Assembly (NCBI GenBank): GCA_036336695.1
Contig: JAYZFQ010000109.1
Coordinates: 8,619 to 72,618 of the forward strand
Direction: 5' to 3'
Origin: Myxococcota bacterium
GTDB lineage: Bacteria; Myxococcota_A; UBA9160; SMWR01
Length of the DNA stretch: 64,000 nucleotides
Below the pieces are notes generated by a model. The model had not been told where the DNA came from and did not search any database. It worked only from the letters and a program-made list of their open reading frames with translations. The translations under genes were made by a program, and so were the position numbers. Below are positions 27,821 to 37,237 of the stretch, piece by piece (position 1 is the stretch's first letter; each line of letters begins with the position of its first letter).

Positions 27821-28900
27821 ATGCGCGTAATCGCCGTCGTCAACCAGAAGGGGGGCTGCGGGAAGACCACGACCACGGTCAACCTCGCGGGCTGCCTGGC
27901 CCATGAAGGGCATCGCGTCGTGGTCGTCGACCTCGACCCCCAGTCCCACGCAACGCTCGCCCTCGGCATCGATCCGGACGCCGTCGACGAAAACCTCTAC
28001 GACGTGCTCGCGGAGCCCGGCGGCGAGGCGCGCCTCGAAGAAATTCTCGCAGCCGGTCCGGAAAACGTGGATGTCGCGCCGTCCGGCATCGTGTTGTCTG
28101 CACTGGAGCAACGCCTGGCATCGGAACCCGTCGAGACACGCGCGGAGCGGCTCCGGGCGGCCCTGGAGCCGCTTGCGGACCGCTACGACTACGCACTCAT
28201 CGACTGCCCCCCGAGCGTCGGACTCCTCACGTTCAATGCCCTGCGCGCTGCGAGCGAGGTGATCGTTCCCCTGGAAACGAGCCCGTTCGCCATCCACGGG
28301 GTCGAGAAGCTGCTCGAAACGATCGGGCTCCTCGTCGAGCGCATCGGCCACGATCTCGAGGTCCGGGTACTCCCGACGCTCTACGATGGGCGCACACGCT
28401 ACGGGCGGGAAACCCTTGCGCGGATTCGCGAGCGCTTCAAGGACATGTGCCTCGATACCGTGATCCGCTCCAACGTAAAGCTCCGGGAAGCCGCGGCCCG
28501 GGGCCTGCCCATCGTGAATTTCGCGCGGACTGCGAACGGGGCAATCGACTACGGTGCCCTCGCCGTCGAAATCGAGGCGCTGGGCCTCTCGACGGAGGAT
28601 CTGCTCGCGAGCTTCGAAGAAGCACCGCGAGAGGTCATCGTTCGCTACCGTGACGAGACCGCCCACGACGTCCGGATCGCCGGGGACTTCAACGGATGGG
28701 TCCCGGACAAGGGTGTGCGGTCACTGATCGAATCCGAGGGAACCGCTCGCGTGTGGACCAAGATCCTCCAGCTTCCGCCCGGCACCTACGAGTACCGCTA
28801 CGTGGTCGATGGAGAGTGGCGTACGCCCGCCGAAGAGGGGAGTTCCCGCACCTCCGACGAAGGGGGCGCGCCGCCCAATTCCGTCCTCGTCGTGCGCTAG
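27821..28900 (+). CDS. ParA/Soj-family ATPase fused to a C-terminal glycogen-binding (CBM48/AMPK-beta-like) domain
   Basis: NQKGGCGKTT, DLDPQ, IDCPPS, IRSNVKLREA; C-terminal VRIAGDFNGW...W...LPPGTYEYRYVVDGEW...NSVL. Confidence 0.9.
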   Translation: MRVIAVVNQKGGCGKTTTTVNLAGCLAHEGHRVVVVDLDPQSHATLALGIDPDAVDENLYDVLAEPGGEARLEEILAAGPENVDVAPSGIVLSALEQRLASEPVETRAERLRAALEPLADRYDYALIDCPPSVGLLTFNALRAASEVIVPLETSPFAIHGVEKLLETIGLLVERIGHDLEVRVLPTLYDGRTRYGRETLARIRERFKDMCLDTVIRSNVKLREAAARGLPIVNFARTANGAIDYGALAVEIEALGLSTEDLLASFEEAPREVIVRYRDETAHDVRIAGDFNGWVPDKGVRSLIESEGTARVWTKILQLPPGTYEYRYVVDGEWRTPAEEGSSRTSDEGGAPPNSVLVVR

Positions 28901-28909
28901 GAAGCTCTC

Positions 28910-29728
28910 GTGCCCCGCGACCTCCGAGACGTTGCTGACTATTTCCTGCCCCGGAGTTCCGAATCCGAGCCGGGTCCCGCACAACCGAAGCGCACGGGGG
29001 ACCGGGTCCTGCAGGCACCGCCGCAGCGCGACCCCGCCCCGGCGCTCCCCATACTCGCGGTCCCCGTCGACGAGCGCGACGTGGTCCGGGCGGCGCTGGC
29101 CTGGAACCTCGTGGTAGAACTCGCTCGACTGGGAATCGGTGCGACGCTGCTGGCACCGGCGGGCGAACCCCCCTCCCCGATCTGGCCCGATGCCGGAAAG
29201 GGTCCCATCGGCAGCGCGGTGGTCCTGGCGCGCGCCGGAAACCTGTCGGAGTTCTACCGCGCCGCCCTCGACGTCGCCGTGACCCGTGCAGCGGAAGAGC
29301 CCGACGGCGGCGTCGTCGTCGCCTGCGTTCCGCCTGCCTGGCTTCACGCGCCAAGCGGCGGCCGGGCGCTGCTGCGCTGGGCCCTGGTGTTTTCCTCCAC
29401 GGACCCGCGTGATCTCATGGAGAGCTACGCGATCGCCAAGCGGATGCTCAACGGCGAGGAACGGGCACAGGTCGGGGTCACCATCCACGGTGCACGCTGC
29501 GTGGCGGACGCCGAGCGGGCCTTCGGCCAGGTCGCCGACGTGTCACGGCGCTACCTGGGACGCCCCCTGTCGAGCTACGGACTGCTCGTCGACGATCTCC
29601 ACATCTACCGGGCGATCGTGGCTCGGCGACCGATCGGAATCGAGCACCCCCAGTCCCGGGCGGCACGAGCCCTGCAAGACGTCGCGCGCATGGTGCTCGA
29701 AGACGCGCGAAAATCCGCCCATGCCTGA
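28910..29728 (+). CDS. Degenerate MinD/FlhG(FleN)-like protein lacking Walker A
   Basis: AALAWNLVVELARLG, DPRDLMESYAIAKRM and C-terminal DDLHIYRAIVARRP...HPQSRAARALQDVA resemble FlhG/MinD elements; no GKGGxGKT. Confidence 0.65.
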   Translation: MPRDLRDVADYFLPRSSESEPGPAQPKRTGDRVLQAPPQRDPAPALPILAVPVDERDVVRAALAWNLVVELARLGIGATLLAPAGEPPSPIWPDAGKGPIGSAVVLARAGNLSEFYRAALDVAVTRAAEEPDGGVVVACVPPAWLHAPSGGRALLRWALVFSSTDPRDLMESYAIAKRMLNGEERAQVGVTIHGARCVADAERAFGQVADVSRRYLGRPLSSYGLLVDDLHIYRAIVARRPIGIEHPQSRAARALQDVARMVLEDARKSAHA

Positions 29729-30284
29729 ACTCGCGCTGACACGCCCGCCGCCTCGGGCCGAGTTGCTCAAGCAACTCCGACTGCGGATCCACGACACGGC
29801 GCCCGAACTCCGGGTCGTCGCCCAGGATCTGCTGGGCGCGGGCGCTCCCATCGACTTCGTGGCCGTTGACCCGGCCGGTCGCGTGACTCTCCTGCTGGTC
29901 GGCGGCGCGGGGGAAGACCTGGGACTCGTGACCCGCGGACTGGCCCAGCACGCCTGGGTTACGCCGCGGGTCCGCGACTGGCTCCAACTCGCGCCCGAGT
30001 TGGGCGCCCGACCCGAAGCCGGCGTCCGCGTCATCCTGCTGTGCCCGGAGTTCTCGCCCGAGAGCCGGGGTGCCGCAGACGGACTCGGCGACGCAGCACC
30101 GGAACTCTGGACCTACCTGTGCGTCCGCAACGGCGCCGGCTTCGACACCCTGGTGGTCGCCCCGGATTCCGGGAAACGCAGCCAGGGTGCCGCCACGCAA
30201 GCCCCCAGCGATCCCGCCTTCCGAACCGGGCTGTCGGACGCCGATCTCGGGCTCAGCCCGGAAGAACGGCGCGAGTTCGAATAG
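29721..30284 (+). CDS. Hypothetical protein with NucS-like PD-(D/E)XK-fold resemblance, apparently inactive
   Basis: PIDFVAVDPAGRVTLLLV resembles IDxLAxDxxGxxVVIELK but lacks E-x-K; VRVILLCPEF; overlaps the upstream gene by 8 nt. Confidence 0.55.
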   Translation: MPELALTRPPPRAELLKQLRLRIHDTAPELRVVAQDLLGAGAPIDFVAVDPAGRVTLLLVGGAGEDLGLVTRGLAQHAWVTPRVRDWLQLAPELGARPEAGVRVILLCPEFSPESRGAADGLGDAAPELWTYLCVRNGAGFDTLVVAPDSGKRSQGAATQAPSDPAFRTGLSDADLGLSPEERREFE

Positions 30285-30467
30285 CCCGCCTCCCCCGCGG
30301 GGCTACCCCGGGAACAAAAAACGTCATTCCGGCGACATTTTTTGACACCTACCCACATGGGAAGGCCACTTCTACCTACGAGGACGCGGCTATGGAATCC
30401 GGGGATAGGAGCCACGGACCTCGTTTTGTGGGGATGAGAGCGAAGCCGGTGGGGGAAGGGAAGAACG

Positions 30468-31043
30468 ATGGCGGACACGGGGCCTGAAGCGGCCCAGCCG
30501 ACCGACGATGTGCTGATCCAGAGAGTAAAGGCAGGTGAACGGGAAGCCTTCGACCTGCTCTATGCGCGTTATTTCCCGAGAGTCTACAGCTACGTTGCGC
30601 GACGGATCTCCAACCGCGCGGACACCGAGGAGACGGTCCAGGAGGTCTTCCTCTCGGTCTTCTCGTCCCTCGACTCGTTCCGCGCCGAGGGGTCCCTCGC
30701 CGCGTGGGTCCTGGGAGTCGCACGTTTCACGGTGGCCAACCGGTACAAGAAGCGGCGCCACACCACGGTGCCGCTCGAGGAGACCCAGGAGGCGGAAGCA
30801 CTGCCCGTTTCGGCGCTGGGCTCTCGCGAGGCGACGCCCCTCGAACACCTCGAGGGCACCGAACGAATCGAGCGGCTCTCCGCGGCCGCCCGCGACGACC
30901 TGTCGAGCGAGCAACGCGAGCTGTTCGTCATGCACCACCTCCGCCACACCTCGATCCACGACATCGCCCACACCCTCAGGAAGAGCGAAGACGCGGTGAA
31001 GAGCAATCTCTACCGCGCTCGAAAACTCCTGCTGGCCCGCTGA
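30468..31043 (+). CDS. ECF RNA polymerase sigma factor
   Basis: AFDLLYARY, DTEETVQEVF, WVLGVAR (region 2); IAHTL...AVKSNLYRAR (region 4). Confidence 0.92.
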   Translation: MADTGPEAAQPTDDVLIQRVKAGEREAFDLLYARYFPRVYSYVARRISNRADTEETVQEVFLSVFSSLDSFRAEGSLAAWVLGVARFTVANRYKKRRHTTVPLEETQEAEALPVSALGSREATPLEHLEGTERIERLSAAARDDLSSEQRELFVMHHLRHTSIHDIAHTLRKSEDAVKSNLYRARKLLLAR

Positions 31044-31059
31044 ACCCGGCACCTGACGC

Positions 31060-31875
31060 GTGCACGACGACACGCGGTTCGCCGTCGACAGAGACGAGCC
31101 GTTGGGCCTCGTCCACAACGTCGCCCGCCCCCCGGATGGGGGCGGAGACCTGCGCTGCATCGGCTTCGAATTCACCAGCCGCGGCGACCGGGTGCCTGGA
31201 TCCCTCTGGCTCCCCTCCACGGGAAAGCCCCCGTTTCCCGTGGTGCTCCTGCAGCACGGCGCCAATGGCTCTCGGGAAGCTCCCTACATGGCGGCCGCAG
31301 GCCTCCCGTGGGTTCGGGCCGGCGCGGCGGTGGCGAGCATCGATTTCCCGCTCCACGGGCAGCGCGGCAGCGCAAAACTGCGCCAGCCCATGCTTGCGGG
31401 CCTGGGCATCCGCGGCGCAACCACGCCGGCAAGCCGAGAAATCGTCCGGGAATTCGTGCGCCAGGCCGTGGTCGACTTGCAGCGCACGGTCGATGCCCTG
31501 GACCACTTCGAGGAACTCGACGCTCCTCGCCTCGCATTCGCTGGCTTCTCCCTCGGTGCCATCGTGGGCGCGACCTTCTGCGCGGTCGACCCGCGCCCGC
31601 GAGCCGCAGCGCTGGCCCTGGCCGGGGGAGGCTTCGGCGGACCCGACGTCGATCCCGCGACCCGCATCGGAGACATCGCTCCCCGGCCACTCCTGTTCGT
31701 CAACATGACGGAAGACTCGGTGGTCCCGCCCACGGCGACGAAAACCCTGGTGGCAGCCGCCCGGGAACCGAAGTCCAGCCACTGGTTCGAGGGCGATCAC
31801 CAGGACGTCCCGGGCGCCGCGCTGAAACTGATGTGGCACTTCCTGCGGGAGCACCTCGCACCGCCCGCGCCCTGA
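31060..31875 (+). CDS. Alpha/beta hydrolase
   Basis: LLQHG, GFSLG nucleophile elbow, EDSVVP, GDH. Confidence 0.85.
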   Translation: MHDDTRFAVDRDEPLGLVHNVARPPDGGGDLRCIGFEFTSRGDRVPGSLWLPSTGKPPFPVVLLQHGANGSREAPYMAAAGLPWVRAGAAVASIDFPLHGQRGSAKLRQPMLAGLGIRGATTPASREIVREFVRQAVVDLQRTVDALDHFEELDAPRLAFAGFSLGAIVGATFCAVDPRPRAAALALAGGGFGGPDVDPATRIGDIAPRPLLFVNMTEDSVVPPTATKTLVAAAREPKSSHWFEGDHQDVPGAALKLMWHFLREHLAPPAP

Positions 31876-31932
31876 CCCCCCCGATGCGGGGAGCCGGGCT
31901 ACACTACCGGACCGAGTCGATTTGGAGACCCC

Positions 31933-32973
31933 ATGAAACGCCATCGTCTAGCTTTCCTGACCTTCGCCGCACTCGCGGCCCTCGCCTGCCAACCCGGCAC
32001 CAACGACACCGGTCCGGGGACGCTCGCTTCCACGAATGGAAGCGAGGTCGCAGCCGAGATCGACGGCCAGCCGGTCACGGTTGCCGAGTTGGACGCGTGG
32101 ATCAAGGAAGACCTCTTCCGGGGCCAGGCCGCCGATCCGAGCGAGCTCTTCGAACTCCGCGACAGCGCCCTGCAGCAGATGTTCGAAGAGCGCGCGCTGG
32201 AAGCCGAAGCCCAGCGCCGGGGCGTGGACATCGCAACCCTCATCGACCAGGAGATCGCGGCCCAGGGAGCGCTCACCGACACCGAACTCCGCGCCTGGTA
32301 CGACGAAAACCGGGCACGGCTGAACAACGCGGAATTCGAAGACATCCAGGACCAGATCCGGTCCTTCCTCGAGCGCCAGCGCTTTGGGACCGCCCGTGAA
32401 GCGATCCTGGAGCGTGCGCAGCTCACGGTCTACCTCGAACCGCCCCGTATCCAGGTCGCGGCGGACGGGCCCTCGAAGGGGCCCGCGGACGCTCCTGTGA
32501 CGATCGTCGAATTCAGCGACTTCGAGTGCCCCTTCTGCTCGCGGGTGCTGCCGACGCTGGATCAGGTGATGGCCCGCTACCCGAACCAGGTGCGCATCGT
32601 CTATCGCAACTTCCCACTGCGCAATCACCCGCGCGCAGGCCCGGCGGCCGAAGCGGCGCTCTGCGCCGGAGAGCAGGAAAAGTTCTGGGTCTTCCACGAC
32701 ATGCTGTTCGCAAACTCCCGGAAGCTTTCCGACGACGACCTGAACGGCTACGCGGAAGAACTCGAACTCGACATGCCGGCGTTCGAAGCCTGCTACACGG
32801 AGCGTCGCTTCGCGGAACAGGTCGCGCGGGACTTCCGGGAGGGCCAGGCGGCTGGCGTCACCGGCACTCCGGCCTTCTTCGTCAAGGGCGTGTCGCTATC
32901 GGGCGCGCGCCCGGCCAGCGACTTCTACCGGACAATCGACGCGGAACTGGCGCGCCTGAAAGAAGGCGCTTAG
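31933..32973 (+). CDS. DsbA/thioredoxin-family lipoprotein
   Basis: Lipobox ALAC; EFSDFECPFC; GVTGTP cis-Pro. Confidence 0.9.
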   Translation: MKRHRLAFLTFAALAALACQPGTNDTGPGTLASTNGSEVAAEIDGQPVTVAELDAWIKEDLFRGQAADPSELFELRDSALQQMFEERALEAEAQRRGVDIATLIDQEIAAQGALTDTELRAWYDENRARLNNAEFEDIQDQIRSFLERQRFGTAREAILERAQLTVYLEPPRIQVAADGPSKGPADAPVTIVEFSDFECPFCSRVLPTLDQVMARYPNQVRIVYRNFPLRNHPRAGPAAEAALCAGEQEKFWVFHDMLFANSRKLSDDDLNGYAEELELDMPAFEACYTERRFAEQVARDFREGQAAGVTGTPAFFVKGVSLSGARPASDFYRTIDAELARLKEGA

Positions 32974-34304
32974 CCCGCTTCGATCCGGGCCAGGAGCGCG
33001 TCGCGTCGACGCGCCATCTCGGCTTCGGAGTTCGCCTCGAGGTTGAGGCGCAACACGGGCTCGGTGTTCGACGGACGCAGGTTGAACCACCAGTCCGGGT
33101 AGCGCACCAGCAGGCCGTCGAGGTGCGACACCTCGGCCCCGGCTTGTTCCGACTCGATCGCCTCGAGCAACCCCGGAATGTCCTCCACCCGGCGATTGAT
33201 CTCGCCGCTCGCCGAGTACCGACGCAAGGGCGCCACGAGTTCGGAGAGCGGCCGACCCGCCGTGGCCAGCGTGTCCAGCAAGGCAACGAACGCGGCGATC
33301 CCGTCATCTGCGACGAGGGTCGGAGAAAACCGGAAGTAGAAGTGCCCGGAGAGTTCTCCGGCGAAGGCGGCGTCCACCTCCCGCATGCGCGCCTTCACGT
33401 AGGAGTGGCCGACCCGGCACATCTCCGCGCGACCTCCGGCCGCTTCGATCTCCTCGGCCGTCACCCGGCTCGAACGCAAGTCGTAGAGCACGGTGCCACC
33501 GGGCTCCCGCGCAAGGACCCGCCGGGCCAGGAGCCCCGTCATCAGGTCGGAGGGAATCGGCTCGCCGGTCTCGTCCACGAAGACGGCCCGATCCCCATCG
33601 CCGTCGAAGGCCACGCCGAAGTCCGCGCCGACGCGACGCACCGCCGCGCTGACGTCTTCGAGGTTTTCTGTCTTGAGCGGATCGGCTTCGTGGTTCGGAA
33701 ACGTGCCGTCGGGCTCGAAGTACAAGCGTTCCACCTGGAGTTCCAACCGCTCGAGCAGCGGCTCCAGACCCACCGATGCCATGCCGTTGCCGCAGTCCAC
33801 CGCGACCGAGAGCCGTGGCCGGCCGGTCCCCACACGGAGCACGTGGTCGACGTACCCCGCCGCCACGTCCTCGCGGCGCACGCTGCCGCGCGCGCTCGCC
33901 GTTTCCGCGGTGCGCAGTTCACCCGCAATCCTTTCGATGTCGCGCAACCCGCTCGCCTCGCCGATCGGGATCGCGTGCTCCCTGCAGATCTTCATCCCGT
34001 TGTACTGCGCCGGGTTGTGCGAGGCGGTGAGCATGATTCCGCCGTCGAGCCCGAGCGCGTCGACCGCGTAGTAGAGCATGGGGGTACTGACGAGCCCGAG
34101 ATCGACCACGTCGGACCCCTCCGCCGAGATGCCACGCACGAGGGCCTCGTGCAATTCGGGGGAGCTGCGGCGGGCGTCCCGCCCGAGCGCCACAGCCCGT
34201 CCCCCCAGGTGCCGGGCCGCGGCCCGCCCGATCCGGTGGGCCGCCTCGGCATCGAGCTGGTCGGGAACGACCCCACGAATGTCGTAGGCCTTGAAAATCG
34301 TCAC
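32970..34304 (-). CDS. Phosphomannomutase/phosphoglucomutase
   Basis: IFKAYDIRG, TASHNP, FDGDGDR, GELSGH, RPSNTEP. Confidence 0.95.
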   Translation of the reverse strand: MTIFKAYDIRGVVPDQLDAEAAHRIGRAAARHLGGRAVALGRDARRSSPELHEALVRGISAEGSDVVDLGLVSTPMLYYAVDALGLDGGIMLTASHNPAQYNGMKICREHAIPIGEASGLRDIERIAGELRTAETASARGSVRREDVAAGYVDHVLRVGTGRPRLSVAVDCGNGMASVGLEPLLERLELQVERLYFEPDGTFPNHEADPLKTENLEDVSAAVRRVGADFGVAFDGDGDRAVFVDETGEPIPSDLMTGLLARRVLAREPGGTVLYDLRSSRVTAEEIEAAGGRAEMCRVGHSYVKARMREVDAAFAGELSGHFYFRFSPTLVADDGIAAFVALLDTLATAGRPLSELVAPLRRYSASGEINRRVEDIPGLLEAIESEQAGAEVSHLDGLLVRYPDWWFNLRPSNTEPVLRLNLEANSEAEMARRRDALLARIEAG

Positions 34305-34414
34305 AGCGGCCAGTCTAACCGGCTCCCCAGGGGAGGTGCGGCTTGACCCATGCCCGGCCGAGCGGCACCCTGTGGGTTGGGTCTACTCCCACTCGACCCA
34401 GGAGGAGCCAAACG

Positions 34415-34612
34415 ATGTTCGGAATCGGTACCACCGAGCTCGTGATCGTCCTGGCCATCGTGGTGGTGTTGTTCGGGGCCCGCAGGCTCCCGGAAATCGG
34501 GTCCGGCGTCGGCAAGGCCATCAAGAACTTCAAGTCCGGTATCTCTGGGAAGGACGAGATCGACGTCACCCCCGAGCCGGAAGAAGTCACCGACGGCAAC
34601 AAGCCGGACTAG
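34415..34612 (+). CDS. tatA: Twin-arginine translocase TatA/E
   Basis: [18 protein letters not shown]...[11 protein letters not shown]...IKNFK. Confidence 0.93.
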   Translation: MFGIGTTELVIVLAIVVVLFGARRLPEIGSGVGKAIKNFKSGISGKDEIDVTPEPEEVTDGNKPD

Positions 34613-36096
34613 TCGGAAGCGAAGCGCTCGGCCACCTGGGTCCCAGGCTGTGTCACGAGCGGCGGCAGCGAGACGATCTGGAACCGCTCGGCGCTCGCCG
34701 GAGCCGCCTCGATCACGGCCATGACCGCGGCCGTCGAGCCCGGCGAAAGCCACTGCGCAACGCCCGCGCCGAGCCGTTCCCGGATCTCATCGGGCGAGTG
34801 TTCCCGGAGCACGCGCTCCGGGACGGCGGGGCCGAAGGTCGCGGCTTCGTCGTCGACGACGGCCCCGTGCCCATCGAGCAACTGGACGACGAGACGCGTC
34901 CCCGGCGCAACGGCAACCCCGGCCGGCGCACGCACGGTTCCCTCGACGACGCGCAACCGGCCCACCACGGCGTTGTCGATGTGGCGGAGACCGACGCTGT
35001 CGAGCACGAGGCCGGCGGCTGGAGCCTGAGAAGCTCCCGGGGCCGTGAAGCCACCCCCGCCGGTCACGAGCAACAGGGCCACAAGCGCTGCAGTCGCCGT
35101 CCAGCCGAGCGCGTGCACCGCACGAACGAGCCAATGGCCCACTGCAGACGCCTCGACGTCGGCGGCTACCGGAGGGCGGGGTTTCGGCAGCTTCTCACTG
35201 GGCGGACCGAGGGCGATGCGCGCGAGGGGAACCGGCGCACCCGGTTCGGACGCCGGCGCGTCGCCGTTCGCGAAGAAGTCCCAGTCTTCCGGGCTTCCCA
35301 ACCCAGTCGCCGGTTCCGTCGCCGGGGAGGGCCCGCCGCTTTCAACGCCTGCGAGAGCATCGTCCGGCGCCTCCGCTACGGGGACCGTGCCCATTTCCAC
35401 CGGAATCTCGTCGCCGGCCGCAACTTCGGGCGGTTCCACCGCTTCGGTTGACTCCAGCATCGCAACCGGTCCGGTCTCGACAGCGGACAGGTCGAGGGAC
35501 CCATCGCGCGAATCGGCCGCCGTCAGTTCCATGCCCGGGCGGCCGAACTCCAGCCGCGGATCGAGTTCCGGGACACCGGTTTCTCCCGGCTCGGCCGCCG
35601 CCTCGAGGTCTCCACCGAGGTCGTCATATCCGTCGGGGCCCACCGCCAGGAAATCCTCGGGATCCAGCGCCAGACCGGGATCGAGGAGCGGGACATCGCC
35701 CGTCGCAGACGGAAGCTCGGACTCGAAGGGCCCGCCCGCCTGGCCGACCGCGCTGTCGACTTCGGAACTCTCCGCCGCGGGCGCTGCGCCCTCCGGCTGG
35801 CCCTCCGCTTCCAGGGGGGCATCGCCGGGGGGGACCGACTCGCGGTTGAACTCCCATTCGTGTTCGTCACCGGGACTCTCCGCAGCCACTCCGGTCCCGA
35901 CGGGATTCCGGGCCGAAATCTCCTCCGCCGCGAGCGCCTCATCCACAGCACGAACCACGGGGTCACCGGCCCGCTCCGCGGGCTTGACGAAGAACGCGTG
36001 ATCACAGCGAGAACAGCGGACGCGGATGCCCGCGTCCGGCACGCGGGCGTCGTCCAGCTGAAATCTCGTCGTGCAGCCTTCGCACGTGATGACCAA
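34609..36096 (-). CDS. MJ0042-type zinc-ribbon membrane protein (acidic linker, TM, DUF3426-like C-terminus)
   Basis: CEGCTTRF...[10 protein letters not shown]; long D/E/P linker; single TM; GGAGG upstream of a TTG start. Confidence 0.8.
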   Translation of the reverse strand: MVITCEGCTTRFQLDDARVPDAGIRVRCSRCDHAFFVKPAERAGDPVVRAVDEALAAEEISARNPVGTGVAAESPGDEHEWEFNRESVPPGDAPLEAEGQPEGAAPAAESSEVDSAVGQAGGPFESELPSATGDVPLLDPGLALDPEDFLAVGPDGYDDLGGDLEAAAEPGETGVPELDPRLEFGRPGMELTAADSRDGSLDLSAVETGPVAMLESTEAVEPPEVAAGDEIPVEMGTVPVAEAPDDALAGVESGGPSPATEPATGLGSPEDWDFFANGDAPASEPGAPVPLARIALGPPSEKLPKPRPPVAADVEASAVGHWLVRAVHALGWTATAALVALLLVTGGGGFTAPGASQAPAAGLVLDSVGLRHIDNAVVGRLRVVEGTVRAPAGVAVAPGTRLVVQLLDGHGAVVDDEAATFGPAVPERVLREHSPDEIRERLGAGVAQWLSPGSTAAVMAVIEAAPASAERFQIVSLPPLVTQPGTQVAERFASD

Positions 36097-36259
36097 GAAC
36101 CCATTCCTCCGTCGGGTCCCGCGGGGAAGCCCTGTGCTAGGCTCCGACGCGACCCACCCCTCCAGCGGTCGTTTCGGAGGCGCCGCCGCTGCGCTTGAGA
36201 GCCGCGTTGCCGTTCAGTCCCGGCGGAATTTTCCGGGCCGGCGCCCAGGGAGCAGCGCG

Positions 36260-37237
36260 ATGAGCCCCGCGGCCGCCGCCCTGACCGAGCGGCGCCTCGT
36301 CGTCGTCACGGGCAAGGGCGGCACGGGCAAGACCACGGTCACGGCTGCCCTGGGACTCGCCGCCGCGCGACAGGGGCTCCGGACGCTCGCCGTCGAGGTC
36401 GGTGCCAAGGAATCCATCGCACCCCTGGTCGCACCCGGGAGTCCTCCCGTCGGCTACCGCGGCCGCTCCCTGGCCCCGGGCTTCACGGTGATGCGGATCG
36501 ACCCCTACGAGGCCCTCGCCGAGTACCTCGTGTTGCAGCTCGGGGCCCGCTTCGTCGTGGAACGCGTCCTCGCCAACCGGGGCTTCCGCCAGCTGATGAA
36601 CGCCTCCCCGGGGTGGCGCGACCTGATCACCCTGGGAAAGGTCTGGCACCTGGAACGCATGGAGGACGCACCCGGCCGCCCGAAATTCGACCTGATCGTC
36701 GTCGACGCGCCCGCGACGGGACACGGAGTCGCCTTCCTCGACGTGCCGCGCGTCGTCGTGTCGGCGGTCCGCGCGGGTCCGCTGAGGCGCCATTCCCAGG
36801 CCGTCGAGGACTTGATCCGGGACCCGGAGCGCACGGTTCTCCTGCCCGTCACCCTCGCCGAAGAACTCCCCACCCGGGAAACCGAGGAGCTCGTGGCGGC
36901 GGTTCGCAACCGGCTCCTCATCCCCATGGACCGTCTGGTCGTCAACGCCTTCGCGGAGAACCCCTTCCCCCCCGGACTCGAGCGGCTCGACGAGCCGTTG
37001 CGCCGGCTGGCTCCCGACGAACGTTTCGGCGGGCTGCCCCCCAACGGCGCGATTGCCGACTGCGCCGCCTTCCTCGGGGCACGCCATCGCTTGAACCGGG
37101 CCTACGAACGCGAACTCGCGGAATCCACCGGGCTGCCCCCGGTCCGCCTGCCCTTCCTGCCGGCGGGTCCGGGCGATGCAGCTGCGCTCGCGGATCTCGG
37201 CGACCTCCTCCTGGCCTCCTCCGGGTCCCCGCCGTGA
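36260..37237 (+). CDS. ArsA/Get3-family ATPase, first of a pair
   Basis: TGKGGTGKTT, LITLGKV, VDAPATGH, TLAEELP. Confidence 0.85.
   Translation: MSPAAAALTERRLVVVTGKGGTGKTTVTAALGLAAARQGLRTLAVEVGAKESIAPLVAPGSPPVGYRGRSLAPGFTVMRIDPYEALAEYLVLQLGARFVVERVLANRGFRQLMNASPGWRDLITLGKVWHLERMEDAPGRPKFDLIVVDAPATGHGVAFLDVPRVVVSAVRAGPLRRHSQAVEDLIRDPERTVLLPVTLAEELPTRETEELVAAVRNRLLIPMDRLVVNAFAENPFPPGLERLDEPLRRLAPDERFGGLPPNGAIADCAAFLGARHRLNRAYERELAESTGLPPVRLPFLPAGPGDAAALADLGDLLLASSGSPP

Noticed and set aside
27821..28900. Chromosome-partitioning parA/soj
   Set aside because: No adjacent parB or origin-region genes, and it carries an extra carbohydrate-binding domain.
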